A DNA stretch of 56,815 nt from a virus (taxonomy: Duplodnaviria; Caudoviricetes): positions 1 to 56,815 of the IMG/VR virus record IMGVR_UViG_3300009678_000009; one strand, given 5' to 3'. Made by a program: the position numbers and the translations under genes. Below the pieces are notes generated by a model, which saw only the letters and a list, made by a program, of their open reading frames with translations, did no database searches and was not told the origin of the DNA. Of the stretch, positions 45,033 to 55,472 are shown piece by piece. Every line of letters begins with the position of its first letter. The stretch's first letter is position 1.

Positions 45033-45318
45033 CGTGAGTAGCAATTGAGCTTGCCCATCTGTGCGTGTCCCCATTCAGTTGAATTTTTGTGGTATCCCAT
45101 TGACTTATTCTTGAAAGGAGAAGTGGTTTATATATTTTCGGAAAATATAATTTATCTATTGTTAGTATAGGACTTATATTGAAAGAGGGGGGTGTCTCAA
45201 ATTCAGCTTATATGCACTTTAAATCTCCCTCTGCCTCTTTCTCCATCAATAAACACTTGACTATTATTAATAACGTTGTTATGTAGACAAAGTTATTAAT
45301 AATTAAGATTTATACACA

Positions 45319-46743
45319 ATGTCCGACATTCCTAAAGAACTTACACCGTTCAGTGATTTGTTTTCTTTTGTAGAAAAACGAAACCTAGCAGTCCAGCTAG
45401 GTTTTAGAGTTCACAAAATGGTTTACTACAGCAACATCAACCAAGAAGAAACACAAAAAATGATTGGGCAGTTCCCAAGAAGAAAAGAGAACAATATGAC
45501 GATTGATGTTACAGAAAGCAATAAATTAATCTTATCTGCTCTTGCACAACGCGATAAAACTATGCTTGCAGGAAGAAAACAGATTCTTAATCAAATAATA
45601 GATAACACTTTTAACAAAGCAATAGAATGCTCAAAAAATACTGCGTTTGACGCTCTAGAACACGGAAAAGATTTCCATACACAAATAGAAAAAATCTACA
45701 CCACGGAATTTAAACCTAACGGATGCTCTACAATTATTACTGTTGCCTTAGAAGCTTTCGATAAAGATATAGATGAGCAATTAAGCTCGTATTATGCAAA
45801 TCAAGATGTATGCACAAACTTGTCTTGCGCAACAGAACTTATGGCTCTATCAAAAAATATTATAACATTAATCAATGTCTACTTGGAATTAGAAAAAGAG
45901 ACTTGGCTTGATAAAATTATGCATACATTTTACAGCGACTTGCCAAACTTGCTTTCTTTTCATAATTGCGATAACTTACTACCACAAGATAATGCTCGTT
46001 GTTACGATGAATATAAAGCCGTAGAGGAGTGCTTCGCAAATATACAGGGCGAGGATTTCATCCTTTCTAAGCAAACCACAAAGTCAGGTATTGGATACGC
46101 TAGCTACCCTGACAAACGCAAAGATGGTATTGTTACTGAAGATACAATGAAGTACAGTAGTGGCTTAACAGTATTTAGGACAAAGCCTACTGAGTTCCAC
46201 GAATTATTTGACCAAGAACCTGTTACTTTGCCTTCTCTGCTATATGACCCGCGTCTTAATGCAGAAGTGCCAAAACACTTACTTACTGACAAAGGAACAA
46301 TAAACGTTACAGGGCAGGTCTTCTTTGACCGCAAGCAGGAAGAAAAATTGCGTAAGGCAACTTACACCGAGGCTACTGGCGGTGCAAAGAACGCGATGTT
46401 TATTACATTGCTGTTGCCATTTAAATACCACGCCCCTTCTGCTGACACTGACGGTAAGATTGATTTAGTGTTGCCACATAAAAACAGCCTCGAATTTAAC
46501 GTACTGTATAAAAATCTACAAAACTTACTGCTAGGTTTAGCTACTTCAAAATCTGGCAAAACGATTAGTGGGGTTACTTATTTTTGTAATTGGGGCGATG
46601 CCGATGGCGTACTCGCTAATGGAAAGTTGGACTTTGCATTAAATCCTTCTAACGATTATAGTTATGCTTCAATTGAGATTGAATGCAGCCACGATATCCC
46701 TTTACAGGATGCGGTTGAAGGATTTATAGCAGCTTTCGAGTGA
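45319..46743 (+). CDS. Hypothetical protein (first gene of the + arm)
   Basis: 474 aa ORF, no recognised motif. Confidence 0.7.
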   Translation: MSDIPKELTPFSDLFSFVEKRNLAVQLGFRVHKMVYYSNINQEETQKMIGQFPRRKENNMTIDVTESNKLILSALAQRDKTMLAGRKQILNQIIDNTFNKAIECSKNTAFDALEHGKDFHTQIEKIYTTEFKPNGCSTIITVALEAFDKDIDEQLSSYYANQDVCTNLSCATELMALSKNIITLINVYLELEKETWLDKIMHTFYSDLPNLLSFHNCDNLLPQDNARCYDEYKAVEECFANIQGEDFILSKQTTKSGIGYASYPDKRKDGIVTEDTMKYSSGLTVFRTKPTEFHELFDQEPVTLPSLLYDPRLNAEVPKHLLTDKGTINVTGQVFFDRKQEEKLRKATYTEATGGAKNAMFITLLLPFKYHAPSADTDGKIDLVLPHKNSLEFNVLYKNLQNLLLGLATSKSGKTISGVTYFCNWGDADGVLANGKLDFALNPSNDYSYASIEIECSHDIPLQDAVEGFIAAFE

Positions 46744-47246
46744 CGAAAAAAAAATCTTTCACTAAGAAGGACAAAGCGTTGCCAGTCCTTCTTAGTGAAA
46801 ATATTATTGAAGCTTCTAATGATTTACAAAACCAAATTAATCTACTTTTTGGTAGCTTGCAAATCGAGCGCGCACAGTTTTTTGCAACAGCTGTTGAAGT
46901 TGGTGTGCTAATACCAGCAAGTAATGGTGGCTTAGAATGGAATCTGCGCTGGGCTTTGCAAAACAAAATCAAACCTTGGATAGACCAGTATATTTCTCTA
47001 ATGGAGAGAAGCAAAGACAGCCAACGCTTGGGGTTACAGCTGGTTGGTTATGATAAGATGCTTAGACCGCTCTATCCGCAAAAATCCGCTATTGACGTTG
47101 ACACAAGACCATTAGATAGCCTTGTCGGACAAATGAACAATGAAGCTAAGCAACTTGGCGTTAAAACCACGGAGATGCAGAAAACTTTAGACGAAATACG
47201 GCAGGAGTTAGTTAATAAAGTTTTGAAAGAAAATGAGAGTCAGTAA
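46740..47246 (+). CDS. Probable terminase small subunit
   Basis: 168 aa, overlaps the large-subunit start; positional inference. Confidence 0.45.
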   Translation: MTKKKSFTKKDKALPVLLSENIIEASNDLQNQINLLFGSLQIERAQFFATAVEVGVLIPASNGGLEWNLRWALQNKIKPWIDQYISLMERSKDSQRLGLQLVGYDKMLRPLYPQKSAIDVDTRPLDSLVGQMNNEAKQLGVKTTEMQKTLDEIRQELVNKVLKENESQ

Positions 47247-49170
47247 AAAGACATTTGCTGTACGCCCTTTAGACGGCGAAATGCGCAAGTGGACAGGGGT
47301 TTTTGATATAGCACGCCACAAAGAGGCAATGGCGGAATATCTCGATCTCGATGTTCAAAGCACAGAATATTTACTTTATATGCTAAATGAAGATGAATTA
47401 TTTAGCAGAGAAAGCTTCCCAGCTGTTTGCCATCTTCTGTACGACATTCAACAAAAAGATGGTGGCGGTATGGATTATTTTGTAATGCACCCTCACCAAA
47501 GAGCCGTATGTGATGAAATAATAAAACAATTTAAAAAAACAGGGAATACCCACATAGTACTTCCAAAAGGTCGGCAGACTGGTGCTTCAACACTATGCGC
47601 TATTCTTGAATGTCATATTGGCTTGCATACAAAAGTTCGTAATGGCGAAAGAAGCGGTTTACGAAATTGTGGTACTGTAGTGCATATCGATAAAGCAAGA
47701 GAGATATTATTGAAGTGTAAAAAGAAGTGCTATAGCCTTCGCCTTCTGCGATTACTCTACACAAGAGATACAGGAATGATATGCGAAGAGCCTTATGCTC
47801 GGTTGCACGATTGGCTCTTTGCACCAGCAAAAAGGCAATATATGGTTTCTACTATCTATGGACACAATATGGAAACTAGTGTACACAGTGACAGAGAAGG
47901 AAAAATGCAACCTTTTGTCAGTTCCCAGCTACACTCATTGCATTGCTCGGAGGCTTATGCTTACTCAAAGTATAATATGGCAAAGATGCTTAGTACGCTT
48001 TCAGGTCAAAGCGATAAGTATGTAGTAGTTGAAAGTTCACTTGATGGTAGGAGGGGCTGTATTTACGAATTGATGGATGAATGTGGTTTTATTGATTATG
48101 AAGCAGCAAACAAAGGTGCGAGCTTTTATCAGTCAAGAACTCACGCATATATGTTTATCTTCCTTAAGTGGATTGATGATGTATCTGCGAGGTCGTCAAC
48201 AGAGTCGATCCCAGATGAATGGGAGCCATATCCGCACATTTTAGAACATCTTGAAGCGAATAACATACCGCCAGAGTCGCTTGACCGAGAGCAATTGCAC
48301 TGGATTAACGACAAGGTCGGCAGAGGCACTGAGCTACAACAAAGGCAACTATGGGGTGAGTATCCTTGCTGCCTTGACGATGCTGTGGCATCTGCAGAAG
48401 CATCAACTTTCTTTCAAGAAGAGGCTTGTCGTAAAGCTTTAAAGCGCGCGCCTTTAGATATTGCAATGCTTGCCTCGCGCTACAACAAAATGCCAAGTCT
48501 TGTTATGGGTATTGACCTTGGTTATACTACAGACAAAATTGCTATCGCTTGTTTGTGTGGTTTTTACGATGAAGACGAGGAGCTTGTTAGTGGTAATGTA
48601 TTTCACCTAGAGACTCTGCGACACTCAAGAGCGGTGGGAAGGGAGTACTACCAAATTATTTTTAATCGTGTAGTTGAATTAAGTAAACAATGCAGGCTTA
48701 AACCTGCTGTTGTTAATGTTGACTTATCGGAGGCAGGGGGGAGTGTTAATGTTGGACATTTTCACGAATTGGCAAAGGAATATAAGTATTTTATTGACAC
48801 TGAACAAGTATCACTTGAGGATGTGTTTGTTCAAGCAACATTTGGAAGAAGCAGTAATGAAAAGATGGATGCGAATGATTACACCAATCACCGCGGCAGA
48901 ATGTACAGCCTTTTGAGAAAATCAATTGACGCTGGCTCAATTAAGTTGCCAGATGACACTAACCTTGAAGCAGAGCTTACTTCTATTCTTGCAACCGAGA
49001 AGAGTGGAAAGTTTACTCTGGAAGAGAAAGCAGCACTGAAGAAACGCTTACGCCATTCGCCTGACCGAATGGACGCCTGTGCATTACTTTACTATTCGCT
49101 TCCTTTCGGTTTAAAGAAACAGTTTGACTTTTTTACAGTTGAAGGCGAATGGTTAAAGAGCATAGCATAA
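47233..49170 (+). CDS. terL: Terminase large subunit
   Basis: MHPHQ, KGRQTGAST (Walker A), LHCSE (Walker B), VESS, MGIDLG (nuclease), KKRLRHSPDRMDA. Confidence 0.9.
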   Translation: MRVSKKTFAVRPLDGEMRKWTGVFDIARHKEAMAEYLDLDVQSTEYLLYMLNEDELFSRESFPAVCHLLYDIQQKDGGGMDYFVMHPHQRAVCDEIIKQFKKTGNTHIVLPKGRQTGASTLCAILECHIGLHTKVRNGERSGLRNCGTVVHIDKAREILLKCKKKCYSLRLLRLLYTRDTGMICEEPYARLHDWLFAPAKRQYMVSTIYGHNMETSVHSDREGKMQPFVSSQLHSLHCSEAYAYSKYNMAKMLSTLSGQSDKYVVVESSLDGRRGCIYELMDECGFIDYEAANKGASFYQSRTHAYMFIFLKWIDDVSARSSTESIPDEWEPYPHILEHLEANNIPPESLDREQLHWINDKVGRGTELQQRQLWGEYPCCLDDAVASAEASTFFQEEACRKALKRAPLDIAMLASRYNKMPSLVMGIDLGYTTDKIAIACLCGFYDEDEELVSGNVFHLETLRHSRAVGREYYQIIFNRVVELSKQCRLKPAVVNVDLSEAGGSVNVGHFHELAKEYKYFIDTEQVSLEDVFVQATFGRSSNEKMDANDYTNHRGRMYSLLRKSIDAGSIKLPDDTNLEAELTSILATEKSGKFTLEEKAALKKRLRHSPDRMDACALLYYSLPFGLKKQFDFFTVEGEWLKSIA

Positions 49171-49182
49171 AAATATTATAGT

Positions 49183-51048
49183 ATGAATATTAAAGATTTA
49201 ACCGAAAAGGAGAGCGAGGAGCTAGCACGCAAAATCCGTGCATCAGAGATGCGTCTTAGATCTGATTGGATAATTCACGTCTCCTCAAGCGCTGGCGGTA
49301 GTAAACTTTTACAGGTTGTGCCATATATTTACGACCGTTACGATTTATTGGCAATGCAAATCGGGCCATATGTGTTAGGTGGTGTATACACTAATATTAG
49401 CTCTGGCACAATCCGCCAAAATGATAAGCAGTACAGGACAAGCGGATTACTTTCGCCTTTGATTAAAAACATTGTCGTTAAAGCGATTAATGACCTCGCC
49501 ACAGCAGAGATTAAAGTTTTGCCGCCAATACCAGAAAAGTTCAACGATGCACAGAAAAAAGAGTATAGTGCGTTTTTTGACAAAATCAGTCTATACGCCA
49601 GTGGTATGCTTGTTGGCGGACTACTTGATATTTCATCAGGATCTTTGCAGGATATGCTAGAATCTTTACTATGCTTTGGTATAACAGGATACAATGTTAC
49701 TTTACGCGATTACGCAGCGAAGCCAGTTGTAAAGTTTGTTCCGCCCGGCTCAATCTTTGCTGAGTTGGATAACCAAACTAGAGAATACACTAGGTATTTT
49801 TACAAGCAAGTCCATACCTTGCACGAGTTTAATACTTGGTTTGTGACGAGAGATAAGGAAGGAAAAGAGGTTGATGTCAAAACACAAATACCAAAAGTAG
49901 AGGAGCTAGATAGAGGCGTGACAGTTATTTACTGCTTAACTCGTGTAATTAAAGACAATATTATCACATGGGAGCAGACCGCCGTAGTTGATAATGGAAC
50001 ATACCCAATTACAAACGTCACTGATGGCAACGGCGTCAATGTCGCTCTTAGCGTTGAAGAATTAAAGTATTCAAAGTCTCTTTGTGGCGTGTTGGAGTTT
50101 AGAGACAAAGATAGGGAGGTTTTGTCGTATCCGCCGTTTGGCTTGATAGCTATTAATACTAGAGATACCGATTCGTATGGCTATCCACCCTTAGCCGCAG
50201 TACTACATCGCCTTTCTGCTTTAAACAAATTAGAAGCAACTCTTAATGGGGCGGTTGAAAAGATGCTACAACCTGACTTGGCAGTGGATAAAGGGTTGGC
50301 AAATAATACTAGCAACCAGCTTAACGCAAGACTGGCAGATCCTTACGCAGCTGCGTCTAGGGTTTTTAAATACGATGCTGCGGCTGGCGTTATACCTGTA
50401 CAACAAATACTCCTAACAACACCAATAGAAAACGTCCTGCAAGTGGAAAAGGAGCTTTTGCTTTGGTTTCAAGACTTTTTTGGCAGCGTTGGAGAGGGCT
50501 ATCTTGAACAGCCTGTTGATAGAATGACTGCACAAGAGCTTAGTTCACGGCAACAAGCCGCTGGGATTGGCTTAAAAGCTTACACCGAAGAAGCAGTCAC
50601 AAAAATAAGAAAGTTGCTAGCGAATATTATCGTACCGTTAGTTTCAACTCTTGTCTATTCTACTTTTGAGGGGGAGTTAGATAAAGATGTTAAAAAAAGC
50701 ATTGAAGAGTTGTTTGTTGATGGTGAACTTGATACTAGCCTTGTCGGTATTGTATGCACGCCTAATACATCTGCGACACAAAGGCAAATGGAGCTCGAGT
50801 CTTTAATGGCTTTAACAAACTATGCAATGCAAGTTGGACAAGTTAGTGTGGAGGCGGCCATGGGCATTAATTACTTTAAGCTTCAAGAAAGATTTGCAGA
50901 ATTACATAACATCGCAGAGTTTGTTAAGCCAATCGAGGAAGTCCAAAGAGATATAAAAAAAGCAGAGAAGCTGAAGAAAGAAGAGCAAGAGCAACAAATG
51001 GCACAGCAACAGGCGCAACAGGCTGGAGGACAACAGCAACAACAATAA
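49183..51048 (+). CDS. Portal / head-tail connector (T7 gp8-like family)
   Basis: YGYPP..L..LN.L....L.P, RMTAQE motif, Q-rich tail; follows terL. Confidence 0.85.
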   Translation: MNIKDLTEKESEELARKIRASEMRLRSDWIIHVSSSAGGSKLLQVVPYIYDRYDLLAMQIGPYVLGGVYTNISSGTIRQNDKQYRTSGLLSPLIKNIVVKAINDLATAEIKVLPPIPEKFNDAQKKEYSAFFDKISLYASGMLVGGLLDISSGSLQDMLESLLCFGITGYNVTLRDYAAKPVVKFVPPGSIFAELDNQTREYTRYFYKQVHTLHEFNTWFVTRDKEGKEVDVKTQIPKVEELDRGVTVIYCLTRVIKDNIITWEQTAVVDNGTYPITNVTDGNGVNVALSVEELKYSKSLCGVLEFRDKDREVLSYPPFGLIAINTRDTDSYGYPPLAAVLHRLSALNKLEATLNGAVEKMLQPDLAVDKGLANNTSNQLNARLADPYAAASRVFKYDAAAGVIPVQQILLTTPIENVLQVEKELLLWFQDFFGSVGEGYLEQPVDRMTAQELSSRQQAAGIGLKAYTEEAVTKIRKLLANIIVPLVSTLVYSTFEGELDKDVKKSIEELFVDGELDTSLVGIVCTPNTSATQRQMELESLMALTNYAMQVGQVSVEAAMGINYFKLQERFAELHNIAEFVKPIEEVQRDIKKAEKLKKEEQEQQMAQQQAQQAGGQQQQQ

Positions 51049-51114
51049 TGCTTTTTTTTAATTTTTTTATCTTTATAGTGCTGGATGTGTGTTATATAAT
51101 AACAAAAATTTTTT

Positions 51115-53211
51115 ATGATCCCTGAAACAAGCGTTGGCGGCTCCTTACCTCCTTTTAATGAATTTCCGTATAAGGTTGAAAGCACTGCAACGTATGCTGA
51201 GAAGATGGAAGCTGAGGCTAAAAATTCCAGATGGCAGGCTGATAAAGTGATTTACAATCCTGATGCAGTTTATAAAAGTGCATTCGGAGTTGAAAACTCT
51301 GCTTCACCACGGTTTGCATTGGATGCGAAAAACGCGCCACCAATGACTGGTGGAAGTGATTATAAGTTTCCAGCCACAAATGACGGCTCACCGTATAGAG
51401 TAAACCAGCTTGGCAACGCTTCTATATTGCAAGGTGGTTACTCTTATGTTGGCTTTATAATGAATGTGTTGCCTTGGGGCGGCCCTTCCTTGTCGCCAAT
51501 GGAATCTACAATGGACGCGAACTTGTTAGATCCGTTCAATGTTAATAAGTATGTCAAGCCAGTTATGATGCTTGGCGGTCAGCGTGGGATTGCGTTTGGC
51601 TTACCAAGTACAACAGGTATGCCTCCAGTAGGTAGAATACCTGACTTTGTTTATGTGGAGACAAATGTTGTATCAGCTATAATTGAATCAACGGCAATCG
51701 AACCTGACTCTAATATGATGCGCGCAGGTTATGGCATAAGCCCAATATTCGTTGCTTTGAAAGACCAACAATATCACAGAACGCAAGCCGAGTTGCCACT
51801 TTGGATGTCAGCTATTAGTGGATTGTACCGCATTGATGATAGAAAAACCGATGGAGAGCTTATTGCAAGAATGGGCGGAACATATACAGATATGTTCTTT
51901 GGTCAACCAAATGAGCCAATTTATATTTCTCAGGCAGGCGGTGCAAAATTTTATCCTTCTATCGGCGCGGCTAACGATGCAAATGCCCTTGGTACAGCAT
52001 CATCGGTCTTGACACATAGAACATATTTACTCGCTGTTAAGCAGCAGCAAGAGCAGCAAGCAACAATAGTTTTTAGTGCTGGGGCTGCTATGAGCGGAGA
52101 CAGGGTTATGGTTATTCCTGCTTCACAATTTTTTGAATTACAAAGAGACCCAGTTTTCTTGTATAAAGACACTGGTATTGCACCAACAAGTGCAGGCGTT
52201 GGTCAACAGCCAATTCCAGTGTCTTTTGGACAAGGCGGAATGTTGCCACAGCTTGGTGGCGGCCCAATGTATTACAAGTCAGATCCTTTTTGGGGCAGTG
52301 GCGGTGTGTACTTCTTGGTATTGCCAGATGTGCATTTCGCACAAGCTGGCTGGATTCTTCCAAAGCAAGGCTCGTCGACTGGCGAAATTTGTATGAACAT
52401 CAAGATGTTTAGCACAGCCGTATTTGAGCTTGAAGCTACTAATATGTTTGGCGAACACGATGGAAGGAGAAAAGTGTTTGAAAATAAGAGGACTGACAAT
52501 AATGCCTTCCCAATTTTTACAGAAGTTGAAAGGAGTAAGTATCATTCTACAGTTCAAGTTACGCCTGTTCCAAATGGTAGTTTTGGAACATTGCCAGGTA
52601 GTATCTTAACTTATATTAACTTTGCAATTTCAAAGAAAACTGACCTTGGTATTATTAATATTGAAGTTCTCGCTTCTGATAGCTATAACAACCAAGAATT
52701 TGTTAAGTGGATAACCTTAGGTAATGTGACTACTGGAAGTCCAACATCTGGGGCTTATAACGTTGTCTCGACTACAGATTTACAGCAACAAGCTATGGCA
52801 GCTGGAAGAAATGCGTTGACAACGCTTGGATCTGATCCTGCAACTAAGCATATGCAAAGAGAGTTCCACACAATGTTTGGCTCTAATATGAAAGAGCAGG
52901 CTGATATGGTTAAAGGCAGAAACTGGAATCGTGAAGCACGCAAGAGTGGAAATTACGGCGAAGTTGTTGTACATCGCAACAGTATGGAAGCTGTTGAGGA
53001 GGTCAACAAGAAGGCTCACTCTAACGCAGAGGCAAGCGTTGACGCACAGCTAGGAGCTATCGAGGCAGAGAAGCAAAACAAAGAAAATGTCGAGCGTTCT
53101 GCAATTAGGGCAAACATTGCACTTGAAGACGCAGCGAAAGCGTTGAAAAAGAACAATGAGGGTACTACTGATGCACAACCTGCTAGTGCGGCACAACCTA
53201 AAAATAAATAA
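51115..53211 (+). CDS. Probable major capsid protein with C-terminal extension
   Basis: DRVMVIPASQFFELQRDPVF resembles the A-domain motif of podoviral capsids; follows portal; 698 aa is unusually long. Confidence 0.55.
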   Translation: MIPETSVGGSLPPFNEFPYKVESTATYAEKMEAEAKNSRWQADKVIYNPDAVYKSAFGVENSASPRFALDAKNAPPMTGGSDYKFPATNDGSPYRVNQLGNASILQGGYSYVGFIMNVLPWGGPSLSPMESTMDANLLDPFNVNKYVKPVMMLGGQRGIAFGLPSTTGMPPVGRIPDFVYVETNVVSAIIESTAIEPDSNMMRAGYGISPIFVALKDQQYHRTQAELPLWMSAISGLYRIDDRKTDGELIARMGGTYTDMFFGQPNEPIYISQAGGAKFYPSIGAANDANALGTASSVLTHRTYLLAVKQQQEQQATIVFSAGAAMSGDRVMVIPASQFFELQRDPVFLYKDTGIAPTSAGVGQQPIPVSFGQGGMLPQLGGGPMYYKSDPFWGSGGVYFLVLPDVHFAQAGWILPKQGSSTGEICMNIKMFSTAVFELEATNMFGEHDGRRKVFENKRTDNNAFPIFTEVERSKYHSTVQVTPVPNGSFGTLPGSILTYINFAISKKTDLGIINIEVLASDSYNNQEFVKWITLGNVTTGSPTSGAYNVVSTTDLQQQAMAAGRNALTTLGSDPATKHMQREFHTMFGSNMKEQADMVKGRNWNREARKSGNYGEVVVHRNSMEAVEEVNKKAHSNAEASVDAQLGAIEAEKQNKENVERSAIRANIALEDAAKALKKNNEGTTDAQPASAAQPKNK

Positions 53212-53241
53212 TTGATTGTTAATTTTAAGTTAAAGTTATAT

Positions 53242-53958
53242 ATGGCTGGAGAAGGAACTGTTTTACCTACAGTTAGAAAAGGTATGAAGTCTCTTGAGCG
53301 CAGAAATGTGCTTGAGACCAAGATCGATGGTGGCTTTGCATTGACGCTTGCGGCAGGAACGGAGTATGGTAATCCATCTTTGCAACCAATTCTACCATTG
53401 CCAGCTGGCGATGCTTTGCTTTTGTGTGGCTTGGCTGGGGCAGGCGTTGCGGATGCGACTTTTTCGTATTACTCGCAATTTTCTTCTTTCAACGCAAGTA
53501 TTACTGATTTCACTGGCGCGCCAGCAATTGGTTTGGCTATAGTTGATATGGTGTTTGACGGAAACACAGCAGGCTATCCTACAGATGCAGACATTGAATT
53601 TAAAAGTTTGGATACAGTACTTGGCTTTTCTGGAAGGGCATTAAAAATTCATTTCACTGATGCTCTTACAGATACTGCCACAGCCGCACCTTCAATTGTA
53701 ACTATTCTACCCAACTCGCCAACAGCTTGCTGGGGCTTTGAAGACATTTTATATGAGATGGCACAATCAGGTATTAGCTTCGATCCTAGGTCACAACAAT
53801 TGGTTATGGCTCTTGTCAATACAAGTGCAACAAATCCAATGACTTTTTCTCGTTTGGTTGTCAATGCAGTGCCAACAACTAAAAAGATGAAACCGATCAG
53901 GCAAAGTGATAAACCAGCATCTTTTAACCAAAAAGCAGTTAATGGAATTTACTACTAA
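53242..53958 (+). CDS. Virion structural protein (decoration/cement candidate)
   Basis: A/G/T-rich, beta-type composition, follows capsid; ATG 53242. Confidence 0.5.
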   Translation: MAGEGTVLPTVRKGMKSLERRNVLETKIDGGFALTLAAGTEYGNPSLQPILPLPAGDALLLCGLAGAGVADATFSYYSQFSSFNASITDFTGAPAIGLAIVDMVFDGNTAGYPTDADIEFKSLDTVLGFSGRALKIHFTDALTDTATAAPSIVTILPNSPTACWGFEDILYEMAQSGISFDPRSQQLVMALVNTSATNPMTFSRLVVNAVPTTKKMKPIRQSDKPASFNQKAVNGIYY

Positions 53959-53966
53959 AATTACTT

Positions 53967-54644
53967 GTGGCAAAAACTATAACTGTAAGAGAGGCGATTG
54001 ACAATGCGTTCTTTCGCCTTTCTTACACTGAAGACGATGCAAAAACTGGCGGCTTTGACAATGCGAGGCAATTAATTCTAAGAACACTTACTGTTAATGC
54101 GATGAGCAGTGATGGCTGTTTATTCTTTTCGTATTTTGATAATCTTAGCGCGGTTGGCGCTCTTAGTGACACTGCCCCAATAAGCATATATACTGGTCAG
54201 GCATTTAATATATTCCCTTACCCTGCTGGAGCTGTGTACATTGAGGGCATTGTCAATAAGCTAGCCTATAATAGTATGCCACCCACTGGTCGCACTGCTG
54301 GAGAAGACCTTGACAACGCATACATAAGACAGGCATTCTTTTCTTTGGAAGAAAATTCTTTATACGTTGATAGTAGCGTTGGTGAAGTTTTGACCGTACG
54401 TTATATTAAGGACGTGACTGAGGATACTCTGATTACCTTGCCTTTCTGGTCTTATGTTAATTCAATTGCAGGCGAGATAATTTGCAGGGTTGTGAATAAT
54501 GATAAGCGTGCCGCAGAGATGCACGATGAATACAGAAACTCGTTTGAGCAACTTAGGGACTTGACGCAGACGGAGAAAACCAAACTTGTTCCACGTGGAA
54601 CAAATCTAATAAAATTTACGCCAGTTCCAACTGTATATACTTAA
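53967..54644 (+). CDS. Tail tubular protein A / adaptor (T7 gp11-like)
   Basis: AIDNAFFRL N-terminal helix; LTVRYIKDV...PF...A.EI...N...A..M..EY pattern. Confidence 0.65.
   Translation: MAKTITVREAIDNAFFRLSYTEDDAKTGGFDNARQLILRTLTVNAMSSDGCLFFSYFDNLSAVGALSDTAPISIYTGQAFNIFPYPAGAVYIEGIVNKLAYNSMPPTGRTAGEDLDNAYIRQAFFSLEENSLYVDSSVGEVLTVRYIKDVTEDTLITLPFWSYVNSIAGEIICRVVNNDKRAAEMHDEYRNSFEQLRDLTQTEKTKLVPRGTNLIKFTPVPTVYT
54587..54602. promoter_or_regulatory. parS: parS site inside the adaptor gene
   Basis: TGTTCCACGTGGAACA (within codons for LVPRGT). Confidence 0.75.
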
Positions 54645-54710
54645 CAAATGTTTTTGACTTGACTTTTTAGATAATGTAGTTAAGTTGCTTGCAATAAGCA
54701 CTAACCCTTG

Positions 54711-54738
54711 TAAGAAGGGCGATTTTTCGCCCTTCTTA
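54711..54738 (+). terminator. Perfect 12-bp hairpin (terminator or leader structure)
   Basis: TAAGAAGGGCGA-TTTT-TCGCCCTTCTTA; no clear U tail. Confidence 0.5.
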
Positions 54739-54768
54739 TGAGCTAATAGATAATTTAAACTATATTGT

Positions 54769-55470
54769 ATGAACCAAGAATTTGACGATGATGTAGTTAC
54801 TACTGGCACAGACCCATCACAAACTACATCTGCGACTGATGTAGTTACTACTGGTGCAGACCCATCACAAACCACATCATCCGCTGATGACGGAAAGGAC
54901 GTTTTTACAGAATTAAGAGAGAAGCAAAAGAAAGAGCAAGACCTAACAGCCATCGCAACGGCAAAGAACCGCATACTTTCTTTTGCGCAGTATCTTGATA
55001 ATGATGCTATCGATAAGATTAACTTAGCAACAAGCAAGCTTTACGATGTTAAAAGTGCCGCAGGTTTGGCTTACGCCTCTGCATTATTTGAAGCAGCTGT
55101 TGAACAAAAGAAAAGTGATGATTTAGCAAAACAAGCTTTAGCAAAAGCGAGCCAAGTTGCGCCTAGCAATTACCAAGCAGCCGCCCAGCCTTTATCCGAT
55201 AAAGCACCAACAAACGTTGGCGACAAGGGTGTCGGCATTTCTGCATTAACTACAACAGAGCAGGAGATGGTTGCGTTGCATAAAAAGGCTGTGGAGGTTG
55301 ACAGAAAGACTGCCATTGCTCGCAACGCTGGAGACCAAAGACTTGTTGCTACATTGTTGCAAGTAAAGTTTAATTGCGATGTTGAAATGAGTAAGTTGCA
55401 AAAAAAGTTTAATAAAGAACAAGAGTTGCAACGTGATGCTATGCTTGATGAGTTTAGGAGACAAATATAG
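54769..55470 (+). CDS. Scaffolding-like helical protein
   Basis: Acidic low-complexity N-terminus with a 16-aa duplication DVVTTG(T/A)DPSQTTS, then helical; function inferred. Confidence 0.45.
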   Translation: MNQEFDDDVVTTGTDPSQTTSATDVVTTGADPSQTTSSADDGKDVFTELREKQKKEQDLTAIATAKNRILSFAQYLDNDAIDKINLATSKLYDVKSAAGLAYASALFEAAVEQKKSDDLAKQALAKASQVAPSNYQAAAQPLSDKAPTNVGDKGVGISALTTTEQEMVALHKKAVEVDRKTAIARNAGDQRLVATLLQVKFNCDVEMSKLQKKFNKEQELQRDAMLDEFRRQI

Positions 55471-55472
55471 CT

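Noticed and set aside
53209-53241. Capsid read-through into the in-frame next ORF
   Set aside because: The stop is TAA, the next gene has its own ATG in an AT-rich leader, and in-frame adjacency is common by chance
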